Assembly (NCBI GenBank): GCA_963805945.1 | Contig: CAWDVP010000002.1 | Location: 544,001-608,000, forward strand | Reading direction: 5' to 3' | Source: Vulcanimicrobiota bacterium | GTDB taxonomy: Bacteria; Vulcanimicrobiota; Vulcanimicrobiia; Eremiobacterales; Eremiobacteraceae | DNA: 64,000 bases | In this document: positions 11,348 to 21,322 of the stretch, piece by piece | Layout of the letters: every line of letters starts with the position of its first letter | Position numbering within the stretch: position 1 is the first letter of the stretch | Made by a program: the position numbers and the translations under genes | Notes under the pieces: generated by a model | What the model saw: the letters and a program-made list of their open reading frames with translations, nothing else | The model's database searches: none | Told to the model about the DNA's origin: nothing

Positions 11348-11560
11348 TCAGGCGCACGGCAGCGAGGCCTGCTCGGCCGCGCGATCGCCCTCGATCGCAC
11401 GACCGAAGCCGACCAGCCAGCGTCCGAGCGCCCGTCGCCAACGCGACGGACCCCGCGAGCGCGCCGCGCGCAGCGCGGCTGCTAGATGCTCGCGCCCGAT
11501 CGCTTCGCGTACGTCGTCCTGTCGCGAACGTACTGCAGCGACCCAACTTCTGCCATCCAT
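11348..11560 (-). CDS. Small Arg-rich hypothetical protein (70 aa)
   Basis: Strong SD AAGGGAGGT before ATG; amphipathic C-terminus RWRRALGRWLVGFGRAIEG. Confidence 0.65.
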   Translation of the reverse strand: MDGRSWVAAVRSRQDDVREAIGREHLAAALRAARSRGPSRWRRALGRWLVGFGRAIEGDRAAEQASLPCA

Positions 11561-11589
11561 GCTGTCACCTCCCTTCGATGAGCGTGAGA

Positions 11590-11629
11590 GAGAATAAAAC
11601 GAGGCCTCCGCGTTTGCGGAGGCCTCGCC
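11590..11629 (-). terminator. Intrinsic terminator/attenuator upstream of the small protein
   Basis: CGAGGCCTCCGC-AAAC-GCGGAGGCCTCG followed by TTTATT on the minus strand. Confidence 0.8.
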
Positions 11630-11660
11630 ACAGCATCGATGGGGTATCGCACCCCGCCCG

Positions 11661-11720
11661 CTAGGCAGAACCTCGCGCAACGCCAACACACGCGATCCCC
11701 TTCGGGATCGTGCACGTCAT
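11661..11720 (-). CDS. Putative leader peptide (MTCTIPKGIACVGVARGSA)
   Basis: 19-codon ORF ending about 30 nt before the terminator, with overlapping hairpins. Confidence 0.4.
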   Translation of the reverse strand: MTCTIPKGIACVGVARGSA

Positions 11721-11850
11721 AAGCGTGGTCTTGCGGTTGCTCAAAAAACTCACTCCTCGAGCGTGGTCGAAAAACTCGACCGGACAGAGGAGCATGGTAT
11801 CACGAGCCAAGCGAGGTTGTCAAATCCACAGCGTAGAAACGCGCGGCACA

Positions 11851-14800
11851 ATGCAACGCCGGATCGTCCCTGCGCTTGTCGCGTGCGTCATCGCGCTCGG
11901 CTTCGCGAACGTCAGCCGCGCGGATGGCCCACCTTATGGGAATCTTAAATGGCGCAGCATCGGTCCCGCGATGTCCGGCGGGCGCGTGGCCGCGGTGGCG
12001 GGCACCGACGCCGATCCTTTCCTCTATTATGCGGGCGCGGCGGGCGGGAGCGTCTGGCGGTCGAACGACGCGGGCGCGAGCTGGACGGCGGCCATGCCCG
12101 ACCTGCCGGTCAATGCGATCGGCGCTCTGGCGATCGCTCCGAGCGACAAGAACACGGTGTGGGTGGGCACGGGCGAGTCCTGGGTCCGCGAAGACGCGTC
12201 GTACGGCGACGGCGTGTGGATGTCGTCCGACGGCGGCGCGCACTGGCAGCATCGCGGCCTCGAGGCGACCTCGCAGATCTCGCGCATCCTCATCGATGCG
12301 CACGATCCCAAGGTCGTGCTCGTCGGCGCGCTCGGCGATCCGTCGGCGGACAGCGATGCGCGCGGACTCTATCGCACCACCGACGGCGGCGCGACCTGGA
12401 CCAAGACGCTGCGCACCGGACCGAGCAGCGGCATCTCCGACATCGCCTGGAATCCGCAACATCCGAACATCGTCTTCGCAGGCGTGTGGCAGTTCCGGCG
12501 CCGGCCATGGGAGTTCGTGAGCGGCGGCGGCGACGGCGGCCTGTATCGCTCGCTCGACGGCGGCGTCACCTGGACGAAGCTCGAAGGCCACGGCCTGCCG
12601 ACCGGGATCACCGGCCGCATCGGCGTCGCAGTCGCGCGGGGCGATGCCAAGCGCGTCTATGCCTTGATCGAATCGCGCGAGGGAGTGCTGTGGCGCTCGG
12701 ACGACGGCGGCGACAGTTGGGTGAAGACGAGCGACGATAGGCAGATCGACCAACGGCCGTTCTATTTCAGCCGCTTGGCGGTCGACCCGCAGAACGCCGA
12801 CCATGTCATCGCGCTCTCCGAGTATCTACAGGAGAGCAAAGACGGCGGCCACACGTTCGCGCAGATCGGCAAGGACGTGCACGTCGATCATCACGATCTG
12901 TGGTGGTCGGCAGACGGCCGGCGCATGATCGAGGGCGACGACGGCGGCGTCGCGTCGTCGTTCGACGGCGGCGCTGATTGGAACTGGCCGGGCAATCTGC
13001 CGATCGGGCAGATCTATCACATCGGCTACGATCTGCGCGTGCCGTACGACGTCTGTGGCGGCTTGCAGGACAACACGACGTTCTGCGGACCGTCGAACAG
13101 TCTGGATCCCGAAGGCGTTCTCAACCGCGATTGGATGAGCGTCAACTGGGGCGATGGCGAGTCGGTGTGGCCCGACCCGCTCGACTCGTCGCTCATCTGG
13201 AACGACATCGAGAACGGCGTGCTCGGCATCTTCGACCTGCGCACGCAGCAATTCGTCGATGTCTCGCCGTACACGCGCGATATCAGCGGCACGCCGGCAG
13301 CGGGCATGCGCTATCGTTTCGCCTGGGACGCGCCGATCTCGTTCTCGCCGCAGGATCCGCGCGTCGCCTACGTCGGCGGCAACGTGCTGTTCGCGACGCG
13401 CGATCGCGGCCGGCACTGGAAACCCATCAGCCCGGATCTCACGCTCGACGACAAGACGCACCAGCAGACGTCCGGCGGTCCGATCCTCGCCGACATCTCC
13501 GGCGCCGAGTACTACGACACGATCGCGGACATCGCGCCGTCGCGCGTCCGCGCCGGCGTCATCTGGGCCGGCACGGACGACGGCCTTGTCCAGCTCACCC
13601 AAGACGGCGGCGCGCACTGGAAGAACGTGTCGGTGTCCGTTGTCGCGCCGTACGGCGCCGTGCGCACGGTCGAAGCATCGCCATGGAATGCCGGCACCGC
13701 GTTCGCCGCGATCGACCGGCATCTGCTCGGCGATCGCGCCGCGTATCTGTTCGTCACCGAGGACTTCGGCGCGCACTGGCGCTCGATCGCGGCGGGCTTG
13801 CCGGCGCAATACGCATGGTCGATCCGCCAGGACCCGCGCGATCCGTCGCTGCTGTACGCCGGCCTCGAGCAAGGGATCTGGATCTCGTTCGACCGGGGCG
13901 CATCGTGGCAGTCGCTCAAGCTCAACCTGCCCGCCGCCTCGATCCGCGACATGCGCGTCCAGCCGCAGGCCGACGATCTCATCATCGGCACGCACGGCCG
14001 CTCGCTGTTCGTCCTCGACGACCTCACGCCGCTGCAGCAGTTGGCGAAGGCGCAGTCGGCGCGCGCGTTCCTCTTCCCGTTGCGGCCGGCGTACAGCTAC
14101 TGGACGTGGACGCGCGAAGACGCCCAGAGCAACCTGCCGGCGGCCAACACGTTCGCGGGCGACAACCCTGACGTGGGCGCGCTCATCAGCTACTATCTTG
14201 CCGCGGCGGCCGCGCACCCAGTCGAGGTCGAGATCATCGACGCTCGCGGCCGGATGGTGCGCCGTTACGCGGGCACGCACGGCGTCGACGGCAAAGACAA
14301 GCCGATCGTCGCCGGCGACGCCGGTATCGATCGCTTCATCTGGAACCTCACCGCGGAGCCGCCGGTGAAACGCACGAACGCCACGGGGTCGGTGCAAGGC
14401 CCCGACGACGGCGCTTCGGTCGTGCCCGGCACATACGCCGTCGTCATGCGGGTCGACGGACGGACGTTGCGACAGCCGGTGCGCGTGCTGCCGGATCCCC
14501 GCGCGACCTGGACGCAGGCCGATTACGTCGCGCGCTACGACTTCTTCGCCGCGCTGTACAGCGAGCTTTCGCAGGTGGACACGGCGCTCAACGAGATGGA
14601 CGCGCTGCAGCCGAAGTTAGAAGCGCTGGTACCGGTGCTGAAGAGCAAGAACGCGCCGGCGGTGCTGGTCGCGCAGGCGCAGTGGTCGCAGACGAGGTTG
14701 ATCGCGATCGAGGCCGATATGACCTCGAGCCCGCACAGCCTCGACGAGACGACGCACTTCCCCGACCGGCTGCGCGAACGCATCCTGTGGCTGACCGGCA

Positions 14801-14964
14801 GCCAGCTCGCGTTCTCCCGACAGCCGCCGTTCGCGGCGCATCGCGCGGAAGCCGCGGACATGCGCAAAGAGTTCGATCGGCTCATGGGCGAGTACGCCGC
14901 GTTCAAAAGCGAGATGGCGGAGTTCGAGGCGGCGTTGAAGGCGGCGGGTTATGGGCCGATCTGA
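11851..14964 (+). CDS. Secreted BNR/Asp-box repeat (VPS10/sortilin-like beta-propeller) glycosyl-hydrolase-like protein
   Basis: Signal peptide, WRSIGPAMSGGRV, repeated S-x-D-G-G-x-T-W boxes, GTHGRS. Confidence 0.88.
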   Translation: MQRRIVPALVACVIALGFANVSRADGPPYGNLKWRSIGPAMSGGRVAAVAGTDADPFLYYAGAAGGSVWRSNDAGASWTAAMPDLPVNAIGALAIAPSDKNTVWVGTGESWVREDASYGDGVWMSSDGGAHWQHRGLEATSQISRILIDAHDPKVVLVGALGDPSADSDARGLYRTTDGGATWTKTLRTGPSSGISDIAWNPQHPNIVFAGVWQFRRRPWEFVSGGGDGGLYRSLDGGVTWTKLEGHGLPTGITGRIGVAVARGDAKRVYALIESREGVLWRSDDGGDSWVKTSDDRQIDQRPFYFSRLAVDPQNADHVIALSEYLQESKDGGHTFAQIGKDVHVDHHDLWWSADGRRMIEGDDGGVASSFDGGADWNWPGNLPIGQIYHIGYDLRVPYDVCGGLQDNTTFCGPSNSLDPEGVLNRDWMSVNWGDGESVWPDPLDSSLIWNDIENGVLGIFDLRTQQFVDVSPYTRDISGTPAAGMRYRFAWDAPISFSPQDPRVAYVGGNVLFATRDRGRHWKPISPDLTLDDKTHQQTSGGPILADISGAEYYDTIADIAPSRVRAGVIWAGTDDGLVQLTQDGGAHWKNVSVSVVAPYGAVRTVEASPWNAGTAFAAIDRHLLGDRAAYLFVTEDFGAHWRSIAAGLPAQYAWSIRQDPRDPSLLYAGLEQGIWISFDRGASWQSLKLNLPAASIRDMRVQPQADDLIIGTHGRSLFVLDDLTPLQQLAKAQSARAFLFPLRPAYSYWTWTREDAQSNLPAANTFAGDNPDVGALISYYLAAAAAHPVEVEIIDARGRMVRRYAGTHGVDGKDKPIVAGDAGIDRFIWNLTAEPPVKRTNATGSVQGPDDGASVVPGTYAVVMRVDGRTLRQPVRVLPDPRATWTQADYVARYDFFAALYSELSQVDTALNEMDALQPKLEALVPVLKSKNAPAVLVAQAQWSQTRLIAIEADMTSSPHSLDETTHFPDRLRERILWLTGSQLAFSRQPPFAAHRAEAADMRKEFDRLMGEYAAFKSEMAEFEAALKAAGYGPI

Positions 14965-14965
14965 A

Positions 14966-15365
14966 ATGGGTCGACCTAAAGGTCGACCCCTACATACGCT
15001 TGCTGCAGCGGCGGCGGTGATGGCGATGCTCGGCTGCAGCAGCGGACCGAAAACCCATCCCGTCACGCTTGCGTCGGGGCCGCCGGTGGGCGTGATCGAA
15101 GAGAAGGTATCGGATTTCGTAGACGTGCGGGGCGTGCCCCAGCAGCATCTACTCCGTTGAATATGTGAGCGTGCAGAATTTCGAGGACCAAGACGCGCTC
15201 TACAAAGAGATGCAGCAGGTGTTCACCGTGTACGAGAGCCGCGTCGACCAGGGCGGCTTCAAGAAGTTCAACCTCACCCCGATGAAGCGAGACGCCGGCG
15301 GCAGCTGGGAAGAGCGTCCGTTCTATCTGGAGCGGCGGCCGGACGGCCGATGGAACGTCTTATGA
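14966..15365 (+). CDS. Hypothetical lipoprotein (frameshift near 15130-15160)
   Basis: Lipobox AMLG-C; the two ORF-track pieces join with one indel (...SVEYVSVQNFEDQ...RWNVL). Confidence 0.55.
14968..14995 (-). repeat. GTAG-type REP palindrome, family 1
   Basis: ATGTAG-GGGTCGACC-TTTA-GGTCGACCC on the minus strand; related copies at 26921, 35093 and 53454. Confidence 0.85.
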
Positions 15366-16534
15366 CGTTGCCGCTGACGCCCCACGTCGCGCAGCTCGTC
15401 GACGCGCTCTACCCGCCGGCGCGCCAGGCGCTCGCCTATGAGGTCGCCGCAATCGGGCGGCGCGTGTTCTGGATCGGCGCCGCGCTGCAGCTCGCCGCCT
15501 TGCTCGCGATCTACTACAGCGGCGCGGCGACCGCGCTGCGCGCGTGGCTCGAGCGGCGCATCCCGCGGCCGTTCTGGGCGGCGTGCGCGCTCATCGTCAT
15601 CATCGGATGCGCTGTGGCGCTGATCATGCTGCCGCTCACTTGGTACGACAGCTACACCATTGCGCATCGCTACGACCTGAGCCGCGAATCGCCGGCGCTG
15701 TGGTTCCATGACTGGGCGGTCGCGCTCGCGCTCGGCGTGGGCATCAGCGCGCTCGGCGGCGCGTGGTTCTTCCGGGTGGTGGCGCACTGGCCGCGCGCAT
15801 GGCCGCTCGTCGCCGGTCTCTTCGCCGCGCCGATCGTGCTCGTCGCCTCGGTGCTGCTGCCCGTCGTCATTGAGCCGCTGTTCAATCAATACACGCCGCT
15901 GCCGCAGTCGGCGCTCACCGCGTCGATCCTCGAGCTCGCGGCCGCGCACGGCGTCAAGGCCGCGTCGGTCTACGAGTTCGACCTCAGCAAGCAGTCGACG
16001 TCGGCCAACGCATTCGTGTCGGGCATCGGCGGCACCGACCGCATCGCGCTCTCGGACAACCTGCTCTCGTCGTTCAAGTCCGACGAGATCCTCTACGTCA
16101 CGGCGCACGAGCTCGGGCACTACGTGCATCGCGATCTGTGGCGCGGTGCGCTCTACTCATGGCTCGGCGCGCTCGCGGCGATCGCCTTCCTCTGGTTCCT
16201 GGGCGGTGCCCTTATCATCGCGAGCCCGACGCGCGCGTCGGGCATGAGCGATCCAGCGGCGGCGCCGCTGCTCATGGCGCTGCTGCTCGTCTTCGCACTG
16301 CTCACGCAGCCGGTCGCCAATGCGCTGTCGCGCCAGATCGAGCACAACGCCGACGTCTTCGCCGCCGCCAACACGCATCTCGGCGAAGCGGGCGTGCGAG
16401 CCTTCGCCCGGCTGGGCTCGCAAGGCTTGAGCAGCATGCACCCCGATCCGCTCGTCGTGTGGTATTTCTACACCCACCCCCCGCTCGACGAGCGCATATG
16501 GTACGCCGCCCATGAGGCCGGCCTGTCGGAGTAG
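15362..16534 (+). CDS. M48 family (Ste24/HtpX-like) zinc metalloprotease
   Basis: ANAFVSG, AHELGH, EHNAD, YTHPPLDERI; multiple TM segments. Confidence 0.92.
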   Translation: MTLPLTPHVAQLVDALYPPARQALAYEVAAIGRRVFWIGAALQLAALLAIYYSGAATALRAWLERRIPRPFWAACALIVIIGCAVALIMLPLTWYDSYTIAHRYDLSRESPALWFHDWAVALALGVGISALGGAWFFRVVAHWPRAWPLVAGLFAAPIVLVASVLLPVVIEPLFNQYTPLPQSALTASILELAAAHGVKAASVYEFDLSKQSTSANAFVSGIGGTDRIALSDNLLSSFKSDEILYVTAHELGHYVHRDLWRGALYSWLGALAAIAFLWFLGGALIIASPTRASGMSDPAAAPLLMALLLVFALLTQPVANALSRQIEHNADVFAAANTHLGEAGVRAFARLGSQGLSSMHPDPLVVWYFYTHPPLDERIWYAAHEAGLSE

Positions 16535-16618
16535 GAGTTCGCGCGCCGGGACCTAACCGTAGGATTCCGCGGCTTCGCTATGGCTCGCGGCCTTGGTCAA
16601 TCGGAGGTTTACAGTATC

Positions 16619-17878
16619 GTGCGCTTCGCAAACGGTCGCTCTCGTCGTCTCCTGCTGGTCGTCGCCGGTTTCGCCGGCGCCGCGGTGCTCACCGCAGCGG
16701 GCGCTGCGAACCTCGCCCAGCAGGCGAAAGCCGACGACGTCACCATCATCACGTTCGGTGCGCCGCTCTCGCTGACCGGCCGCGACGCGCGCGAAGGCGC
16801 GCTCACCAAAGAAGGCTACGACTTCTGGAAGGACTACGTCAACTCGCAGGGCGGCATCAAGGTCGCCGGCGTGCTGCACAAGGTCGACATCAAGTACTAC
16901 GACGACGGCAGCGATTCGGCGACGTCGGCGAAGCTCGTCGAACGGCTCGTCACGCAGGACAACGTCAAGTTCATCCTCGCGCCGTACGGGTCGTCGGCGA
17001 CCTATGCCGCGAGCGCCATCACCGAGAAGTACCAGGTGCCGATGGTGGATCCGAACGGCGCGGCGGAGAAGATCTTCAGCCGCGGCTTCAAGTACACGTT
17101 CGCCATCCTCAGCCCCGCCAAGATGTACCTCCAGGGGATCCTCGAGCTCGCGCTGACGATGCATCCGAAGGCGGCGTCGCTCGCCATGCTCGCGGCGAAC
17201 GACCAGTTCTCGATCGAGGTCGCGGACGGCGCGCGCGCCTTCGCGAAGGCGAACGGCATCAACGAGGTGTTCTATTCCGAGTATCCGCCGGACACCAAAG
17301 ACGTGGCGACGCTGCTCACGCAGGTGAAGGCGAAGAACCCCGACATCATCTTGGGCTCGGGCCACCTCCAAGACTCTTTGCTCATCATGCGCGCGGCCAA
17401 GGATCAGAACGTCAGCTCGAAGATCATCGGCTTCTCGGTCGGGCCGTCGACGCCGGACTTCATCACCAGCCTCGGCAACGACGCCAACGACGTCATGGGC
17501 GGCGCGCAGTGGACCACCGCGCTCAACTACACCGATCCGTTGTGGGGCGACGCGCAGCGCTACACGCGCCTCTTCCAGGCGAAGTACCACCATCTGCCTG
17601 ACTATCACAACGCCGAATCAACGGCGGCGTGCGAGGCGTTCCAGCAGGCGCTGCTCAAAGCCGGCGCGATCGATGCGGGCAAAGTGCGCGACGCGCTCGC
17701 GTCGCTCGACATCGACACGTTCTACGGCAAGATCAAATTCGACAGCCGCGGCGTCAACATCTATAAGCCGATGGCGGTCGAGCAGATCCAAAAGGGCGAG
17801 CACGTGACCGTGTGGCCGGCGGACGCCGCCAACGCCAAGCCGGTGTATCCGCTGCCGCCGTGGGGCAAGCGGCAGTAG
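16619..17878 (+). CDS. Branched-chain amino acid ABC transporter substrate-binding protein
   Basis: GAPLSLTG, YYDDGSD, LAPYGSSAT; SD GGAGG before GTG. Confidence 0.9.
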   Translation: MRFANGRSRRLLLVVAGFAGAAVLTAAGAANLAQQAKADDVTIITFGAPLSLTGRDAREGALTKEGYDFWKDYVNSQGGIKVAGVLHKVDIKYYDDGSDSATSAKLVERLVTQDNVKFILAPYGSSATYAASAITEKYQVPMVDPNGAAEKIFSRGFKYTFAILSPAKMYLQGILELALTMHPKAASLAMLAANDQFSIEVADGARAFAKANGINEVFYSEYPPDTKDVATLLTQVKAKNPDIILGSGHLQDSLLIMRAAKDQNVSSKIIGFSVGPSTPDFITSLGNDANDVMGGAQWTTALNYTDPLWGDAQRYTRLFQAKYHHLPDYHNAESTAACEAFQQALLKAGAIDAGKVRDALASLDIDTFYGKIKFDSRGVNIYKPMAVEQIQKGEHVTVWPADAANAKPVYPLPPWGKRQ

Positions 17879-17891
17879 CGGCAGCGCCACG

Positions 17892-18755
17892 CTCTACCTC
17901 CAAGTCCTGATCAACGGGCTGCTCGTCGGCGGCATCTACGCCGCCGGAGCGCTCGGTTTTTCCCTCGTCTGGGGCATCATGAACGTGATCAACATCGCGC
18001 ATGGCGCCTTCATCATGCTCGGCGCGTACGCGTCGTACTGGCTGTTCGTGGGCGCGCTGCACCTCGATCCGTTCCTCTCCATACCGCTCTCGATGGCGGT
18101 CATGTTCGTCCTGGCGTACGTGCTGCAGCGCGTGCTCGTGAACCAGGTCATCCGCGCGCCGATGCTCGCGACGTTCCTGCTCACCTTCGGCATCTCGATC
18201 ATGATCGCCAATCTCGCACAGGTGTACTGGTCGTCGGACATCCGCTCGGTGACGACCACCTACTCCGGCTCGAGCTTCGCGCTCGGCAGCCTCACCGTGC
18301 CGTGGGTACGATTGGCGACGCTCGGGATCGCAGTGGCGCTCACCTTCGCGCTGCAGATGTTCATGACGCGCACGAAGACCGGGCGCGCGATCCGCGCGAC
18401 GAGCATGGACGTCGACGCGGCGCGGCTGTCGGGCGTGGATGTCGCGGGCATCTACGCGCTCACCTTCGGCATCGGCGGCGCGCTGGCGGCCGCGGCGGGG
18501 TCGCTGGTGAGCGTGTCGTATGCGATCACCCCGAGCATGGGCGACTCGTTCGTGGTGCGCGCGTTCGTCGTGTCGATCCTCGGCGGCTTGGGCAACGTCA
18601 CGGGTGCGCTCGTCGGCGGGCTGGTGTACGGGGTCATCGAGTCGTTCGGCGCGCTCGTCTTCGGCGAAGGCTATAAGGATGTCGTCGCGCTCGTCGTGCT
18701 GCTGCTCGTGGTGCTCTTCCGGCCGTACGGCCTCGTGGGCAAGGCCACCGCCTGA
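17892..18755 (+). CDS. livH: Branched-chain amino acid ABC permease (LivH-like); start codon not resolved
   Basis: QVLINGLLVGGIYA, NVINIAHGAF, TGRAIRA, ILGGLGN. Confidence 0.85.
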   Translation, partial: LYLQVLINGLLVGGIYAAGALGFSLVWGIMNVINIAHGAFIMLGAYASYWLFVGALHLDPFLSIPLSMAVMFVLAYVLQRVLVNQVIRAPMLATFLLTFGISIMIANLAQVYWSSDIRSVTTTYSGSSFALGSLTVPWVRLATLGIAVALTFALQMFMTRTKTGRAIRATSMDVDAARLSGVDVAGIYALTFGIGGALAAAAGSLVSVSYAITPSMGDSFVVRAFVVSILGGLGNVTGALVGGLVYGVIESFGALVFGEGYKDVVALVVLLLVVLFRPYGLVGKATA

Positions 18756-19714
18756 TGAACGCCGGCCGGACGGTGACGTTCGTCGTCCTGGCCGTGCTCG
18801 TGCTGGCCGCGTTCCTGCCGCCGCATCTCAACGGCAACTGGGTGCACGTGTTCACCCTGTTCTTCATGATGGCGATCCTCGCACAGGCCTGGAACCTGAT
18901 CGGCGGTTACGCGGGGTATGCGAGTTTCGGCAATGTGGCGTTCTTCGGCGTCGGCGCCTATACGTGCGCGTATGCGATGACCGAACGCGCGCTGCCGTTC
19001 TGGGCGGCGTTCGCGCTCGCCGCGGTCATCGCGGCGCTGTTCGCGGTCGCGCTGGGGACGCCCATCCTGCGCCTCAAGGGCCACTACTTCGCCATCGCCA
19101 CGTTGAGCATCGCCATCGGCACGCAAGCGCTCGTCGCGGAACTGCCGCCGCTGGGCAAGGGCAGCGGCATGACCCTGCCGATCAACAGCAATTTCCATCT
19201 CTTCTACTGGACGATGCTCGGCGTGCTCGTCGCGAGCATCGTGCTCACCGCGCTCATCGCGCGCGCGCGTTTCGGCTACGCGCTCGTCGCCATCCGCGAG
19301 AACGAAGAAGCGGCCGCGATGCTCGGGATCAACACCGCGCGCATGAAGGTGGCGGCCTGGGCGGTATCCGCGGCGCTCACCGGTATGGCCGGCGCGACCT
19401 TCGCCTACTGGACGAGCTTCATCGATCCACCCACCGTCTTCGACCTGAACTTCAACGTGCTCATGATCATCATGGCGCTGCTCGGCGGCGCGGGCTCCGT
19501 GGCCGGACCGACCATCGGCGCCTTCATCATCAGCGGCATCGGCGAGTATCTCGGCGCGCAGTCCGTATCACCATGGCACACCGTCATCCTCGGCGCCATC
19601 ATCGTCTTCGTGGTCATCGTCTTGCCGCGCGGTGTGATGCCGTATCTCACCGGCGGACCGCGCGCGTGGAATCTGGCCGCGATACGCGCGCAGATGCGGG
19701 TGAGCCGCGTATGA
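18755..19714 (+). CDS. livM: Branched-chain amino acid ABC permease (LivM-like)
   Basis: WNLIGGYAGYASFG, RLKGHYFAIAT, AIRENEEAA. Confidence 0.88.
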   Translation: MNAGRTVTFVVLAVLVLAAFLPPHLNGNWVHVFTLFFMMAILAQAWNLIGGYAGYASFGNVAFFGVGAYTCAYAMTERALPFWAAFALAAVIAALFAVALGTPILRLKGHYFAIATLSIAIGTQALVAELPPLGKGSGMTLPINSNFHLFYWTMLGVLVASIVLTALIARARFGYALVAIRENEEAAAMLGINTARMKVAAWAVSAALTGMAGATFAYWTSFIDPPTVFDLNFNVLMIIMALLGGAGSVAGPTIGAFIISGIGEYLGAQSVSPWHTVILGAIIVFVVIVLPRGVMPYLTGGPRAWNLAAIRAQMRVSRV

Positions 19715-20508
19715 GCGGCGTGAGCGGCGCGAGCGCTGTCGGCGCGGCGCCTGTGTCCAGCGACGCGGCGATCGTCGCCACCGATATCGTCGTGCGCTTC
19801 GGCGGCCTCGTCGCGCTCGACGGCGTGACGCTGCGCGTCGCGCGCGGCGAGATCGTCGGGCTCATCGGTCCGAACGGCGCCGGCAAGACGACGCTGTTGT
19901 CCGTCATCTCGGGCACGCAGCGCCCGACCGCCGGCTCCGTGGCGGTGAACGGGCGCGACATCAGTGACGTGCCGACATTCCGGATCGTGCGGCTCGGCCT
20001 CGCGCGCACCTTCCAGGTCGTCAAACCGTTCGCGCATCTCACGGTGCGCGAGAACGTCGCCGTCGGTGCGCTGTTCGGACGCCACGGCGTCAGCCGGCCG
20101 GCTGCGCAGGCGTTCGCGGCCGCCGACGCCGTGCTCGAACGGGTCGGGCTGGCGAGCGAGGCGCGCCGGCAAGCATCGGAGCTCACGCTGGCCGGGCGCA
20201 AGCGCCTAGAGATCGCGAAGGCTCTTGCGACCGATCCCGAGATCCTGCTGCTCGATGAGGTCATGGCCGGCTTGACGCCGCACGAGACCGATCAGGCGAT
20301 GGGGTTGTTGCGCGAAGTGAACGCATCTGGCGTGACGCTGGTGGTGGTCGAGCACGTCATGAAGGCCATCATGGGTCTGTCGCAGCGCGTCGTCGTCCTG
20401 CACCAGGGCAGGATCATCGCGCAGGGGATGCCCGCCGCGGTGGTCGCCGATCCGCACGTCATCGAGGCCTACCTCGGTGCGCGCTATGAGGGCGCACGCG
20501 ATGCTTAA
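19711..20508 (+). CDS. livG: ABC ATPase (LivG-like)
   Basis: GPNGAGKTT, LARTFQ, LLLDE, VIEAYLG. Confidence 0.9.
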   Translation: MSGVSGASAVGAAPVSSDAAIVATDIVVRFGGLVALDGVTLRVARGEIVGLIGPNGAGKTTLLSVISGTQRPTAGSVAVNGRDISDVPTFRIVRLGLARTFQVVKPFAHLTVRENVAVGALFGRHGVSRPAAQAFAAADAVLERVGLASEARRQASELTLAGRKRLEIAKALATDPEILLLDEVMAGLTPHETDQAMGLLREVNASGVTLVVVEHVMKAIMGLSQRVVVLHQGRIIAQGMPAAVVADPHVIEAYLGARYEGARDA

Positions 20509-21202
20509 GGTCGCCGGCCTCGACGCCGGCTATGGCGAGGCGCAGGTGCTGTGGGATCTCTCGCTTGAGGTGGGGCGCGGCGAGATCGTCGCGCTCGTCG
20601 GCGCGAACGGCGCAGGCAAGAGCACGCTGCTCGCGACGATCTCCGGACTGATCGCACCGATGCGCGGCACGATCGATTTTCAGGGCACCGATATCGCCGG
20701 CTGGCGCGCGGAGCGGATCGTCGCAGCCGGCATCAGCCACGTGCCGCAAGGCCGGCGTCTGTTCGGCGGGCTCACGGTCACCGAGAACCTCCTCATGGGC
20801 GCGTTCCATCGGCACGACGACGGCGTCGCCGCCGATATCGACAAGATCTTCAACCAGTTCCCGCGACTGCGCGAGCGGGCCGAGCAGTTGGCGGGCACGC
20901 TCTCCGGCGGCGAGCAGCAGATGTGCGCGATCGGCCGCGGGCTCATGGCGCGCCCCGCGCTGCTGCTGGTCGACGAGCTCTCGCTGGGTCTGGCGCCTAT
21001 CATCGTCGAGCAGCTGCTCGCCGTGCTTGCCGGCTTGCGCAACGACGGGGTCACCATTTTGCTCGTCGAGCAAGACGTGCGCGTCGCGCTCGAGACCGCC
21101 GACCGGGGCTACGTGATCGAGAACGGCCGGGTGGGCCTCTCAGGCTCCGCGCGCGAGATCCTCGCCAACCCTCACATCAAGACGGCCTACCTCGGCATCT
21201 AG
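20501..21202 (+). CDS. livF: ABC ATPase (LivF-like)
   Basis: GANGAGKST, LSGGEQQM, DELSLGLAP. Confidence 0.9.
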   Translation: MLKVAGLDAGYGEAQVLWDLSLEVGRGEIVALVGANGAGKSTLLATISGLIAPMRGTIDFQGTDIAGWRAERIVAAGISHVPQGRRLFGGLTVTENLLMGAFHRHDDGVAADIDKIFNQFPRLRERAEQLAGTLSGGEQQMCAIGRGLMARPALLLVDELSLGLAPIIVEQLLAVLAGLRNDGVTILLVEQDVRVALETADRGYVIENGRVGLSGSAREILANPHIKTAYLGI

Positions 21203-21322
21203 CTCCGACCGTTTATCGGGACGGCGGCTTGACCTGATTCCGCCGGAGTGCTAGGCTATTTCCACGATTCAAAAGTTTGGGGTCCCGCGACCTCGCTCGC
21301 GAGGCCCTCTGGAGCGTTGGGG

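Noticed and set aside
11800..14397. Long antisense and alternative-frame ORFs over the BNR protein (similar shadows at 23424-25295, 25532-26926 and 49138-51432)
   Set aside because: Typical shadow ORFs of high-GC coding DNA, Arg/Ala-rich with no recognisable motifs.
15158..15160. TGA in the lipoprotein ORF as a second selenocysteine or read-through into the in-frame M48 gene
   Set aside because: The frame after the TGA has non-coding codon bias and no redox motif. The coding-like continuation is in another frame, so this is an indel.
17860..17900. Non-canonical start for livH
   Set aside because: No start codon or SD is visible in frame, and an indel is equally likely. It cannot be resolved from the sequence.
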